This document shows, in pieces, positions 25,665 to 38,871 of a stretch of DNA of 64,000 nucleotides. Origin of the DNA: Neocallimastix sp. 'constans'. Taxonomy: Eukaryota. The stretch is from contig JBODTK010000100.1 of assembly GCA_050613775.1 (NCBI GenBank), forward strand, positions 434,001 through 498,000, written 5' to 3'. The first letter of the stretch is position 1. Every line of letters begins with the position of its first letter. The notes under the pieces were generated by a model. That model was given only the letters and a program-made list of their open reading frames with translations, was not told where the DNA came from and ran no database searches. Position numbers and translations under genes: made by a program.

Positions 25665-27342
25665 TGTTAACACACTTAAATTTATGATTAATAAATTTTA
25701 ATGTCGTTTATTTATTTTTATTTATTAGGAATTAAACCTCTATTCTTATGTAAATATTACAGTGAGCATTTTATGTATTTAACAATTCATCATTTGCGCC
25801 ACATTAGATTCATGTATATCACGTGCATCAATAATTATTATATACATAATTTTAGGACAGTTATCACTCCCCCTCAATCTTGATTTATTAAAATAAATTA
25901 AGATTGGATATTAATAAAATAATTTATGTACATTATTATTGGATTAAAATGTGATCTAAATAAATATATTAAATATTCATTATTATTATTTATCATTAAT
26001 GTGCACAAATGGGTTTGTCAATATTAATAGTGATGATAGGATTTAAATTGTATTAAACAATTATATTTTATCTTAAAAAAAAATCATCTATCACAATATT
26101 AATGTTAGAATGAAATATTATTTATTTACTTTTCTTTCATCTTATTAATTTAAATGAATTTCAAAATTAATAAGGATTTTTATAAATTAAAATATTATTT
26201 AATATAAGGATTTTTTAATAAATTTATCATCTTATTACTTTTATTAATAAAGATTATTAAAATAAAATTTAATTGACTTCTTATTAAATAATGTAATAAG
26301 GTTATTTCTGTTAATATTTATAAATAGAATTTGATTTAAATTCAATTCTTATTGATATTTCACTAATAATATTATTTTATTATTTTTCTTCTTATTAATG
26401 TTACATTGATGAGAATGATTTATTAACCATTTTATGGTCATCTTATTAGTTACTTTTATCATTCTTATTAATATAATTTAATTATAAGTAAATAAATAAA
26501 TATAATTCATTTTTAAATATATTACAATACATTCTCACCCTTTTTTTTTTTTTTTTTTTTTTATTTTTTTTTTTTTTTTTGTTTTGTTGTTTAATATCAG
26601 TAAAAAATAATGGTTTATTCTTACTTCCGGAGTGTAAATATTTTATGGAGTTGGATGTGTAAATCCGGCGGTGTTACTAGCACCAAAGACTTGCTTACTA
26701 TTATATGATTAGAAGAATAAAATTGTAAATTATTGTCATTGCTTGCTCTGGTTGATTATAATAATCATGTTGATTATTAAACAAAATAGAGCGTGCTTCG
26801 TTTTGCATTTTATTATTATTAAATTTTATATTATTTTATATTTTTATTTTATCAATTTACAATTTTAATTATAAAATATAATTAGTTAGTCCTTCTTTTA
26901 CTTTTTCCTTTTTTTTTTTTTTTTTTTTTAGTTAGGTAAATAAAACAAAATAAACAAAATAGATAAATAAATAAATATTTTGTATTTTCCTTTTAGTCAT
27001 CATTTTCAATTTTGATAAATATGAATTTTAAAGATGTTTTATATATATGTTCTCGTACTAGCTAATGTTTATATTCTGATTTTACTATTTGTTAATATAT
27101 AATAATGAGCTTTGTTTTGGAGCCGTTGAGACTCTTAATCTGTTAACACACTTAAATTTATGATTAATAAATTTTAATATCGTTTATTTATTTCTATTTA
27201 TTAGGAATTAAACCTCTATTCTTATGTAAATATTACAGTGAGCATTTTATGTATTTAACAATTCATCATTTGTGCCACATTAGATTCATGTATATCACGT
27301 GTATCAATAATTATTATATACATAATTTTAGGACAGTTATCA
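25665..27342 (-). mobile_element. Non-autonomous miniature LTR element (family N, TRIM-like), 202-bp LTRs, TSD ATAAT
   Basis: LTRs 25665-25866 and 27141-27342 (4 substitutions seen); minus-strand PPT AGGGGGAG at 25867-25874; ATAAT at 25660-25664 and 27343-27347; no long internal ORF. Confidence 0.92.
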
Positions 27343-27797
27343 ATAATAACTTAAAATTTAAAATTTATAGTATTTAATAATAAAATTTAAAAAAAATTTT
27401 GTATTTTGAAAAATATATTTTTTTATATAATTCCTCAACTTTCTCTAATTTTAGTTGATTTAAATATAAGTATTTTTCTTTATTTTTTTTTTTTAATAAT
27501 AAACTCAATAAATTTATAAAAGTGTCAAAGATATGATACAAATTAATTTATATTCAATACTACAAAAATAATATAAACGCGCCACTACAATATAATAAAT
27601 GGACATAATAGATTATTTCAGCCATTAGTATTTTTACATTATGTCCACAAAATATTTAAAATGAAATACTATAAAAATAAATAATATTTCAAAGAATTAG
27701 AAATCTCTCTTTTCCTCTTTTTCCAACTTTACTTCTTAATAAAAAGATTAATTTTGAGAAGTCTACATATTAGAAATAGATAAAACTATAATCCATC

Positions 27798-29694
27798 TGT
27801 CAAGGACATTAATATTACTTAATATGAAGAAATTAACGAATAAAATAACGATAAATTTAAATTACATAACTAATAAAATAAAATAATAAATAAAGTTGAA
27901 TAATCGAGTGATATCCAGGTAAACATTAATCTATTACTAATATATTTAACAAAAATCAATATAATCTAAATTGATTAAATTAGTTACTTAAATTATTAAA
28001 AATAATAATATATATTAATATACTATTATTGTAAAAACTATTAAAAACTACAATTTTTTTTAATAAACAAGATATTATTATAAAAATTTTATTTATTAAG
28101 AATAATAATTAAATTTATTATCAAAATTTATTAATATTATTATAAAATTTATTATTAAAAATTATTAATCCAATATTATTATAAAAATTTATTGTTATTA
28201 ATTAAATATTATTATAAAATTAACATAATTACTAATGATTTAAATATACTTTACTTAACCACATGATCCTTGCCATTAAAAATTAGTAATAATTTCTGCC
28301 AAAATACACCTCATTTATAATAATATTAGCAATAGATAATAATCAAATACTTTTATTCAAATAAAAAATAGTAAAATTAAATAATATTCTATTACTAATA
28401 GCTTTTTAAAAGTTAAAAAACTATTTTTAAATTATATTATCAATACAATTAATTATAAATAGTTAGGAATTTAATAATACTTAATAATTATTTATTATAA
28501 TAAAATTAATTATGAATTAATAATTTATATACGATTTAAACAAATAAATTTAAAATATTTTAAATAAATGGCTTGATCATTTCTAACAATATGAAAAAGT
28601 ATAAATAGTTAAGGAAAATGTATTTTGAAAAATAATTCTTTTATTTTTATTTCTTTATCTTTTTTATTTAGTTATTTATCCTTAATTAAATAATCTTAAA
28701 TAAATAAATAAAAATAGTTATAACCATAAATTCAAATTTTTATTTTATTATTTATTTGTATATTTATTCATATTCTGTCCCGAATTTCAACAGTTGATAT
28801 ATAATAATCATATAATAATAACGATTATATAGCTTCTGAATAATATATATTAACTAAATTATTGGACAATAATAAATATATGATCAGATAACCAATAAAA
28901 ATATAAATATAAATATAAAAATAATATAATAATATTAAAAACTCAACCTTTCCTTATTGGAAATGGTTCATAAATCAAATATTTTCAGAAAAATCATTAA
29001 TATTAGATTCATTAAATTTATTTCAGAAAAATTATAGATAATAAAAATATTAGAATTATTAGAATTATTAGAATTATCTTAGAAAAAATTTTAGTATAAT
29101 TATTAGAAAATAAGAGAAATTTATATAATTAAAATAAAGAGAATAGTTATATAGAAAAATTTGACATTTAAAATCGTTTAATAATAAATTAATAAAGTTA
29201 TTAAACAAATATTTTTTTATTATTTTATTAGAATATATTATTTTGTTGTATTTCCCATTGTCACGTTTATATAAATAATTAGTATATTAGTTTAAACTAG
29301 TATCTATGTTGATACAAGACCAATTGAAATATGGAAAACCCATATTTCAATAAAATATTATAAATTTAAAAAATTGAAATAAATTAAATTAACCAGTAAA
29401 AATTTAGAATGTGTAAAAATAAATTATTTTTTAATAAACTAAATTAGAAAAATAGTGTTTAATAAGAGAATGAATCTTTAGAATTAGGAAAATAAAAAGT
29501 GAAATGCAATCTACCAAGAGAGTAGATAAAAATATAAGTGAAATATTTAAATTAAATAAAAGTTTTTATAAAATCAGAGAATATTGATTTTGCAAATTTA
29601 AAGTGTAAATTAAAAATAAATTGTATAAATATTTAATTTGTGAATATTATTATTTTTATAAGCAAAAGTGAGAAATTCACCTAAAAACGTATCA
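27798..29694. mobile_element. Run of three probable old solo LTRs (27798-28792, 28795-~29305, 29310-29694)
   Basis: TGTCAA..TCAACA, a GT spacer, TGATAT..GTATC, then TGATAC..GTATCA flanked by TATGT on both sides. Confidence 0.55.
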
Positions 29695-30400
29695 TATGTT
29701 AAATTTACTCATAATTAAATAATTTTAATTAAGAAACTTATTTAAAATAAATTTAAGAAATTACCAAGGAATTTTATTTATTTTTTATTAAAATAAATTA
29801 TCAAAAATTATAAAATAACTACGATTTTATAGATCCGGAAAAAATTTAAAAAAATAGAAATTTGGTTTATAAGTCTTTTAAGAAAATTTGTCAACGTTAA
29901 TCGTTTTCATAACTAAGTATTTACACTAATTATTTATCTAAAAATAGATAAATAATTATCAAATTTAAAATTAAATTTAACCATACTAATGCAGAGGCTT
30001 AATTAATATAAAGCTGATTACATTGAATAAATTATTATTTTAATTTTGTTATATGATTTTTTAAATTACTTATTTAACTATTCACTAACTTAACTATAAT
30101 TTATTTAATTAATTACTATTTATTCACTTATATAACTATATTCTGAGTTTTAATTAATTATTATTTTCTTACTAAATTTTATAATTTTAATCTATTATTG
30201 GACTAATTTAACCACAGTACAAGTACCATGGATTCTTGATACTGTCTAATCCAGGAACCATTATTCCGGATAGTTAAAAGTGGCGCAAAATTGTTCATAA
30301 ACGAACCTTTGATATTCAGCTAATACCGGGCGTAGTACTTATTTTTATCATGATAATTGCATCAACCCAATCTTGGGAATTATCTTTTCTAGTAACCAAG

Positions 30401-31100
30401 TGCAAAAGAAACATAAAAATAGATTAGAATAACAACACAATAAGATTTTATTTTTTTAAAAATTTTTATTAAAAATATTTTTTCTTAATATTTTATAATT
30501 ATTAATAGTTAATAACAATTACATTGAAAAAAAATGTGAAAAGTATTTTCTATTTATACTTTTCCTAAATACATTGATAATATATTATTTTATTTAAATT
30601 ACATATATTTTAATATAAAACTATCCTAATGAATTTTATTAAATAATAAATTTATAAACCATAGCTAAATTTAGAAAAATATAATTATTAATTAAACTAA
30701 ATACTAAATAATTTAAATTAAGTACATTTATTATTTATTTATTTTTTTAATATTATAAGTAAAATCTTTATTTATTTTCAATTTAAAAACGGTGTTAAAA
30801 GAGTCATGATTAAATTTTGAAACTTAATTTTCACAAAATAAATTATTAATTTATTTTGTCTTAAACTTTAATCAATTCATTTAAATCATTGTAAAACAAT
30901 AATTTTCTCAGAATTAATTTTTTACGAAAATTGTTACATTAAAAATTTGTCTTGTGGCTTAAGGAATATAACTCAAAAATTTAGTTTATGATTTATTTAC
31001 TTTATTTATTATTGTTTAAATCAAAGAATAATTTATATTTTTGAATTACACAAGAAAAATTTTTAATTTAAAATGTGATTGGGATAATCACATCTTTACA
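30401..31100 (-). mobile_element. Solo LTR, family L, TSD CCAAG
   Basis: Reverse-complement copy of 18426-19129; CCAAG at 30396-30400 and 31101-31105. Confidence 0.87.
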
Positions 31101-31679
31101 CCAAGTATTGGTAGTTTCCCTTCTATTTTAATGAGCTAAGAATTTTGATTATTTTTGTTGGTGAATTTACCATAGGGCTGTGAGAAGTTCGGCCAAGGAA
31201 AGTAGCTGTAGCTTCCGTAGAGTTGTGGCTTCTTTATAGTAAGGTTCCAATTCACTAACGTGAAATATAGGGTAAATATTTGGAAATGATGAACCAGAAA
31301 AGTCCAGGCAAAAATTTTGTTCTGGGTAAACTCCAGTAATTTTAAATGGGCCACAGAGTTGAATTTGAAGATTATTATAAAAGAGAGTGGGTTGAAGTTG
31401 ACAGGCTTCTTCAACCAGACATGGTCAAATAGTTGGTATTGAATAGGAGGGTTGGCAAGTTTCTAATATTTAGGTAATTTTCCTTTTGAACAGCCAGTAT
31501 ACGCTTTAGGTTAGCCAGATTGTGGGAAAAGTTATCAGTGTGGGGAGCTTGCACCCAACGAGTGTACCAAGTCGGCGGTCTGAGGATTGGCATAAATCTG
31601 GTAGTTGTATAGGGCTAGGAAAGGAGCTTGGCCTAAAAATAGGTGTCTCTACTCAACGAGGGCAGTTTTAATAGCTAAA

Positions 31680-32875
31680 ATGTTGGACTCAGCAAAAATC
31701 AAAAGAGAACTCCCATACTTGGAAGATTATGAAAAGAATGTCTTAGAATGGGTGGAAGATCTTATAATATCAGAGAACCCAAGAAAGTATTTAACTGGAT
31801 GTTGGCCACAGTTGAAGATGACGTTAAGGATACAAGAGTATTAGCTACTAAAAGAAACAGAGAAGAACGTTACCAAAGATTTAGCGATATTCAAAAATAT
31901 AAGGTAATAAATAAATATGAGTGAAGAAGTAAAAATCAATAAAGAACAAAAAGAGGATGCTTTAAAGTTAGAAGAAACTAAAGAACCAGTAGAGGTGGAA
32001 ATGGATCAGGAAGAACTAAAAGAACAAAGAAACTACACCAGTACTTTTCAGCTGGATCAGTTGGACTTGTCTTATTTAGCTGAAAAACGAATAGAGCCAG
32101 TTAAACGAAGAAATAAAGTGGAACGGCTTAAAGAATTGCAAGAAGCTGGAATGGAAGAGGATAATAATGAAAACATAGGTGAAATAATGGCACGACTTGA
32201 GCGTCACATCCGCTTGATGGATGGATTTGAAGATTATTTATTAGAGGATCCAAAGACAATAGTTACTCCATATTTTATGAAAACAAAAATAAAATCAATT
32301 AAAGGGAACACTACGAGCAAACAACTCAATTACATCTTTCAGTTATGCCTCAACTCAGAATAGAGAATGAAAAAAGAATTGGGAAAGAACAAAGAGATAG
32401 GGAAAGAGCTAGTATTAGTATTTTTTGTGGAAAATAATGAATATAGTAATGCTAATATTATTGATGAAGGAACTTCTCAGGAAAGGAAATAATTCTAAAC
32501 AAACCAGAAGTTAATTTAAGAAAAAATAATCGGAGAAGTCAATTGAAATTTAGCCGACTAGAGTCCCAAGAAGAATACAAATGAAAACTGATTGTGATAG
32601 TTATAACGTGATCAAAAGATTTAAACTCCAGTAATTGAAATATTACATTTAGACAATTATTGGACCTTGCTCCAAAGATACAGCCTCAAGTATCTCAAGG
32701 ACTTAAATTAGAAAAGAATACTATTAAAATTTCAGTTACAGTGGATAATATGTGTGTGCTAATACAGTAATAATGAACAAATATAGATCATACATATAAA
32801 AGTAATCATCATGAATCACAAGAAGATGATATTGCCATGATTGATGTAATACTAGATGGAGTTCATGGTAAGTTT
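31680..32875 (+). pseudogene. Highly degenerate gypsy gag-pro remnant related to families D/G
   Basis: ELPYLEDYEKNVLEWVED resembles the gag N-terminus. 32640-32870 matches NITFGQLLDAAPK..VSQGIKL and EDIAMVDV of 60880-61100, with many stops and frameshifts. Confidence 0.7.
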
Positions 32876-32925
32876 AAGAGAAAAACTAGATGTCCTATTG
32901 TCCTCCCTCTCATTAATCCCAGTCT

Positions 32926-33147
32926 AAAATAAAAAATAAAAAATAAAAAATAAAAAATAAAAAATAAAAAATAAAAAATAAAAAATAAAAAATAAAAAAT
33001 AAAAAATAAAAAATAAAAAATAAAAAATAAAAAATAAAAAATAAAAAATAAAAAATAAAAAATAAAAAATAAAAAATAAAAAATAAAAATTAAAAAATAA
33101 AAAATAAAAAATAAAAAATAAAAAATAAAAAATAAAAATTAAAAAAT

Positions 33148-33184
<37 letters not shown>

Positions 33185-33217
33185 AAATAAAAAATAAAAA
33201 ATAAAAAATAAAAAAAT
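32926..33217. repeat. (AAAAATA)n microsatellite
   Basis: Direct reading of the sequence. Confidence 0.9.
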
Positions 33218-34085
33218 ATTTATATATGACTTAACTGGATATAATACATCTGGATAGAATAAATTTTATGGAACATAAAAATTATTATTTTTATTTAATT
33301 TTTTTTTTTATAGAGTATATCTTCTTTCAATTTTTTATTTTTAAGTTATATATATATGAAGATTGTAAACGAATTTTGAATATTTTAATATTATAAATAA
33401 TATTTTATTAAAAAAAAAAAAATAAAACAATTAAATAAATGTTGAAAAATGGCTAATGTTAAAAATATTTTCTAAAATGTATAATTACGTTTTATCTCTT
33501 TCTCTCTCTCTACATATATATTATATTTATATAAATATTTTATTTAATGTTTCTTAATTATTTATATTTAATTAAAATATTAAAGCCAAAATTAAAATAA
33601 AAATAATCAATATATAATCAATATATATTATTTATTTGTCTATAATATGAATATTATTTGTATTATTAAATGTTTTTTAAAAATGATCATTATTAATTTT
33701 TTGTAAAGTATATTATTAAATACAAAATATATATATATTTAATATATAAAAATATATGGAAATAAATAGAAATGTATAAAAATGATTGATGGTCCATAAA
33801 ATTAATTTAATAAATAATATTAATATTTAATTTATATTTATATGTTTTTTCCATAATCTTTTTTTTTTTGTATTCTGTATAAAGTTGAATTTCAATTTAA
33901 ATCTGAAATTCAAAAATTTGAAATTAGTAAAAATTGATTTTGAAAAAAAAAAAAAAAAAAAAAATAAGAGTTACATTATTTATTAAAATAATTACAATAA
34001 ATAAATAAAAATAAAAAATAATAAAATATTAATATCAATTTAATCTAGATTTAGATAGAGTAAAAAAAGTAAAAATAAATACAAG

Positions 34086-34952
34086 ATGGAGCTTGCTAAA
34101 AATTATTTAAAAAAAATTAATATTACTAAACAATGTCCAATCAATTTATTAATGAGACAAGCTGGTGTCTCTTATGGTAGTATTATTAGAGACAAATACT
34201 ATTCCAACACCATTAAAGATATTAAACCTCTTACTCTTATTCTTCCAGACGACTATAAAGAAAATAAAACTTATCCAGTTCTTTATTTATTACATGGTCT
34301 TTTCAGTAACGAAGAAACTTTATTGGAAGACGGTTACAATGCAGATAACATTCTTTTTAATTTAATTCATGAACAAAAGGCTAAAAATATGATTCTTGCT
34401 CTTCCAAATCAATATACTCCAGTCAATGGTAAATACTTTACTCCAGCTTTTGACCAAAAACATTATGATGGTTATGATAATTTCATCAATGATTTAGTTA
34501 ATGATATTATGCCATTCATGGAAAAGAATTATCCTATTGCAAAGGGTAGAGATAATACTGCTATTTCTGGTTTTTCAATGGGTGGAAGAAATAGTCTCTA
34601 CATTGGTTATACTAGACCAGATTTATTTGGTTATGTAGGTGCTTTCTCACCAGCTCCAGGAGTAACTCCAGGTCGTGATATTTACAATGAACTTAAGGGT
34701 TTGTTAAAGGAAAAAGAATTACGTGTCAAAGATGACAAACTTACTCCAAAGGTTAGTTTAATTAGTGGTGGTACCAATGATTTTATTGTCGGTAATACAC
34801 CAGAAAAGTATCATAAGATTTTAGAAGCTAATAAGCAACCCCATGTTTGGTATTCAATTCCAGGAGCAGATCATGATACTGATGCCTTCACTTCAGGATT
34901 CTTTAATTTCGTTACTTCTATTTTTGGAATTTTAAATAAAAAGAAAGATTAA
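34086..34952 (+). CDS. Putative esterase, CE1-like (feruloyl/acetyl-xylan esterase, alpha/beta hydrolase), intron-less
   Basis: YPVLYLLHG, GFSMGG nucleophile elbow, FGYVGAFSPAP, GTND, GADH catalytic His; 288 aa; no signal peptide seen. Confidence 0.85.
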   Translation: MELAKNYLKKINITKQCPINLLMRQAGVSYGSIIRDKYYSNTIKDIKPLTLILPDDYKENKTYPVLYLLHGLFSNEETLLEDGYNADNILFNLIHEQKAKNMILALPNQYTPVNGKYFTPAFDQKHYDGYDNFINDLVNDIMPFMEKNYPIAKGRDNTAISGFSMGGRNSLYIGYTRPDLFGYVGAFSPAPGVTPGRDIYNELKGLLKEKELRVKDDKLTPKVSLISGGTNDFIVGNTPEKYHKILEANKQPHVWYSIPGADHDTDAFTSGFFNFVTSIFGILNKKKD

Positions 34953-35173
34953 GTACGCATAGAATAAAATACAAAAAAATAAAAAATAAAAAAATAATAA
35001 TAATATTTAAGAAAAAAAAATATATCAAAAAAAAAAAAAAAAAAAAAAGCATATATATATATTAATATTATTGATTATTAATTAAACAATAATAGAACAT
35101 TATATATATATTTATAAATAATAATAATAATAATAATAATTAAATTTCATTTGAAATTTCAAATTAAATTTTA

Positions 35174-35208
<35 letters not shown>

Positions 35209-35800
35209 CTATTTATTTATTTTTCTTAAATATTATTAAATTATGTTTAAAAAAATAATAAATATATATATATATATAATTTTAATGATGTCTATATAAC
35301 TTTTAAACAACAATTAATAAAAAAAAAAATAAAAAAAATAATAACAAAAAAAATCTTTACATAATATATATATATATATTAGGAACAGATAAATTTTAAA
35401 AATATAAAAAAAATAAAAAATAAAAAATAAAAAAATAAAAAAATAAAATTATTAAACAATTAGAATAATAATTATAATATTTACAATCATTAATAAACTA
35501 AATAAAGGTGTGTAACTATTGGTAATATATATATATATATTATATTTTTTTTTTAATAAAAAAAAAATTCTTTGGTTAGTATATCATATAAAATAATAAC
35601 CTTAATAAATATGTATATAAAATTATATGAATTAATCATTTTTTGATATTTATTTTATATTTTATTTGTATAAATATTCTTTTTCTTTTATTATCATTAT
35701 TGTGTATTTATTAAATATGTATCATTTATTATCTATTATTTTATAAACTGTAATATAAGATAGCTATGTAATTAATAAAACTTTGTAGATTTTATAAAAG

Positions 35801-35832
<32 letters not shown>

Positions 35833-36885
35833 GAGATTTATATTTATATTTTTAACAAATATATATATATATATATTTATTATATGAATGTTATGGAAAG
35901 ACAATAAGCATTATTTATATATATATACATCATTTTAAATAAATAATATAAATATTGTTAAATTGTTAGATTTTTTTTTTTTTTTCTTGACTTAGAGAAA
36001 ACTTTATTTAATTTATAATAATAATAATAATACTACATGATTTAAATGAAAAATAAAAAATAAAATACATGATATAAAAATATTATATACTATATAATTA
36101 TAAGTTAAAAAACTTACTAAAATTATTATTCTCATTCTACTGCTTTATAAAAATCAACAATTGGTATTATTATTATATTTAGTATTTATATTGTATGATA
36201 TATTGGTAAATAGTTATATTATTTTATGTTTCAGGAATTAATAAGTATTAATAAGTATTTATTATTCAATAACCCCAATTTATTTTAAAAATATTGTCAA
36301 CTAATTATTTTAGTTATATTAGAAATTGTCTTTAATATTTTACATTAACAAATAATTTTTATCAGTCTTCCCCTAAATAATATAAAATATTAAATACGAT
36401 TTTTAATAACAAATAATTTTTATCAGTCTTCCCTTAAATAAATAGATGTAATTGTAAAGATAATTACACAAAATTTAATATATATTTATATATAATAAAG
36501 TTTCAATAAAAATTATATATATAATAAAATTTACAAAATACATAAATTTTAAATAAACTATTTTATTTAATTAAAATTGAAATTTTAAATGAATAATTTT
36601 ATTTAATATTTTATTTTTCTTATTTTTTTTTTTTTATTTTTTTTTGTATTATTATTGTTTATTTTTTTTTTTTTGTATTACTACTTTTTTTTATTTTTTT
36701 TATTATTTTTTATTTATAATTTCTTCTATTTTTTTGTATTATTATTTTTTATTTTTTATATCTATTTATTACATCACTTTTTTTTTTTTTTTTAAATAAT
36801 AAAATCTATTATTTAATTTCTTATAATATATATTTATTTTTTTTTATCTATTTTACTTTTATATCTATTATGATATTTATTATAT

Positions 36886-37671
36886 TTAGTTCTTTTTAAC
36901 GATACATTTTCTTGGTTTACGCATGCTTTTCTTGTTATTTTCTTTAAGATCAGCAGAAGCAGTAGTAGCTTGAGCTTGAGAAGTACATTCTTCAGATTTA
37001 AAGTATTTTATTAATTCTATATTTTCTTCGTCTAAATCGAAAATTTTTTCTTCATCATCATTAACTTTATATTTAGAAATTGAACGAGAATAATTGTTAA
37101 CAATATCTTCTATATCATCAATCATTTTAAGATATTTGTCAGTACATCTCTTTGATCTACAGGTATCCTTTTTGACTTTTTCTATAAGTTTTTTCTCTTC
37201 CTTTTCGGACAAATTTTCAATATCAATGTTTTCTAATGAACCAAATGTACAATATTTGTTGTTTTCATCGGTAAAACATGAAGATTGAAGAGCTAATAAT
37301 TCAAGACTTCTCATGCTATCAATTCCAAAAACAGAAATTTCATGGGAATCCTTACATTCTGGAGCATCAGCGACACGTAACTTATAGTATTTTTGACATC
37401 TCTTAGATTGAAAGGTTTTGCATATTTCATCTTGATTAATAGTACCAGTGATCTCAATGATACAATCTTTATATTCTTCCTTTAATTTTTCAATGTAAGT
37501 ATTACATTCTCTTTTAACTGGAAAAAGAGGATTATAACCTAAGTAACTGTAATCATAATCATCATCATAAACAGAAAGATTTTCATTTCTTTTAAATATT
37601 CCTCTTGGAATAGAGATAGCACTTGCAGTAGTAAGAGTAAATAAAGCTAAAACTCCGGAAGAAAATTTCAT
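36886..37671 (-). CDS. Secreted cysteine-rich hypothetical protein
   Basis: N-terminal signal peptide MKFSSGVLALFTLTTASA, KR dibasic site, spaced cysteines, basic C-terminus RKCIVKKN; 261 aa. Confidence 0.75.
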   Translation of the reverse strand: MKFSSGVLALFTLTTASAISIPRGIFKRNENLSVYDDDYDYSYLGYNPLFPVKRECNTYIEKLKEEYKDCIIEITGTINQDEICKTFQSKRCQKYYKLRVADAPECKDSHEISVFGIDSMRSLELLALQSSCFTDENNKYCTFGSLENIDIENLSEKEEKKLIEKVKKDTCRSKRCTDKYLKMIDDIEDIVNNYSRSISKYKVNDDEEKIFDLDEENIELIKYFKSEECTSQAQATTASADLKENNKKSMRKPRKCIVKKN

Positions 37672-38711
37672 TTTGATATATAAAATATAATAGATTTTAC
37701 TATAAAAAAAAGTTTTTTTTTTGAGTTTGTTATTTGTTATTTTATTTAAAGTTCGTTTTATTGATTAAAAATATATATAGCTTAATAATTTTTTTTTTAA
37801 TTATAAAAAACTTGAGGTTTTCCTTTATATTTATACATTTTTTTATTTAAGTTTTAAAAATTATATAATACTAATCGAAATATTATTCAATTATTAATAT
37901 TCTATTAAATATTTTTTAATGTATTGTTTAAAAAAAAATTAAAAATTATTTTAATTAATTTTTTATATTGTATTAATAAAATTTTTATTTGTTTTTTATT
38001 TAATATTTATTAAAATATTTTAAAATATATTAAATATATTAATAGTAGTTACTTAGCAATCCCTTAATCCCTTAATATTAATATTAAAAAATTAATTTTT
38101 ATTTTTTTTTTTTTTTTATATTATTTTTTAATTAAAAATTAATATTTATAATAATTTTAATTTTATCTTAATTTTAATATAATTTTATTCTAATTTTATT
38201 CTAATTATAATTTAATTTTATTTTAATTTTATTTTAATTTTATTTTAATCTTTTTTTCAATTTTAATTTTAATGTTACCAAAGTTTTATTATAAATAATT
38301 AAATTTTGTTTTATTATAAAATAATTAGTTTTATTAATATTTGATTTTATATATATTTCTTTTATTGTGAATTTTCATTTTATGTTTCTAGACTTATTTT
38401 TTCTTTTATTGTGAATTATTATTTTATGTTTCTAGACTTATTTTTTAATTTACATTCTATAATATTTTATTTTTTTCTTACCAATTTATTCTTTTATTGT
38501 GAATTTTTATTTTATGACTTATTTTTTAATTTACATTCCATATTATTTTATTTTTTCTCACCAATTTAATAACAGAAACTATCTATATCTAATAATTTTT
38601 AATATACAATATAATATTTTTATAAAAATATTTCGAAAAAATAATTATTTTAGTATAAAATATCATATTGCATATTTACAAAAATATTTAAAAGATAATT
38701 ATTATTAAGGA

Positions 38712-38752
<41 letters not shown>

Positions 38753-38830
38753 GATGATGATGATGATGATGATATGGATATAAAAAAAAATTATTAAATA
38801 TACATTTTTCTTTCAACACTAATTCTAATG

Positions 38831-38871
<41 letters not shown>

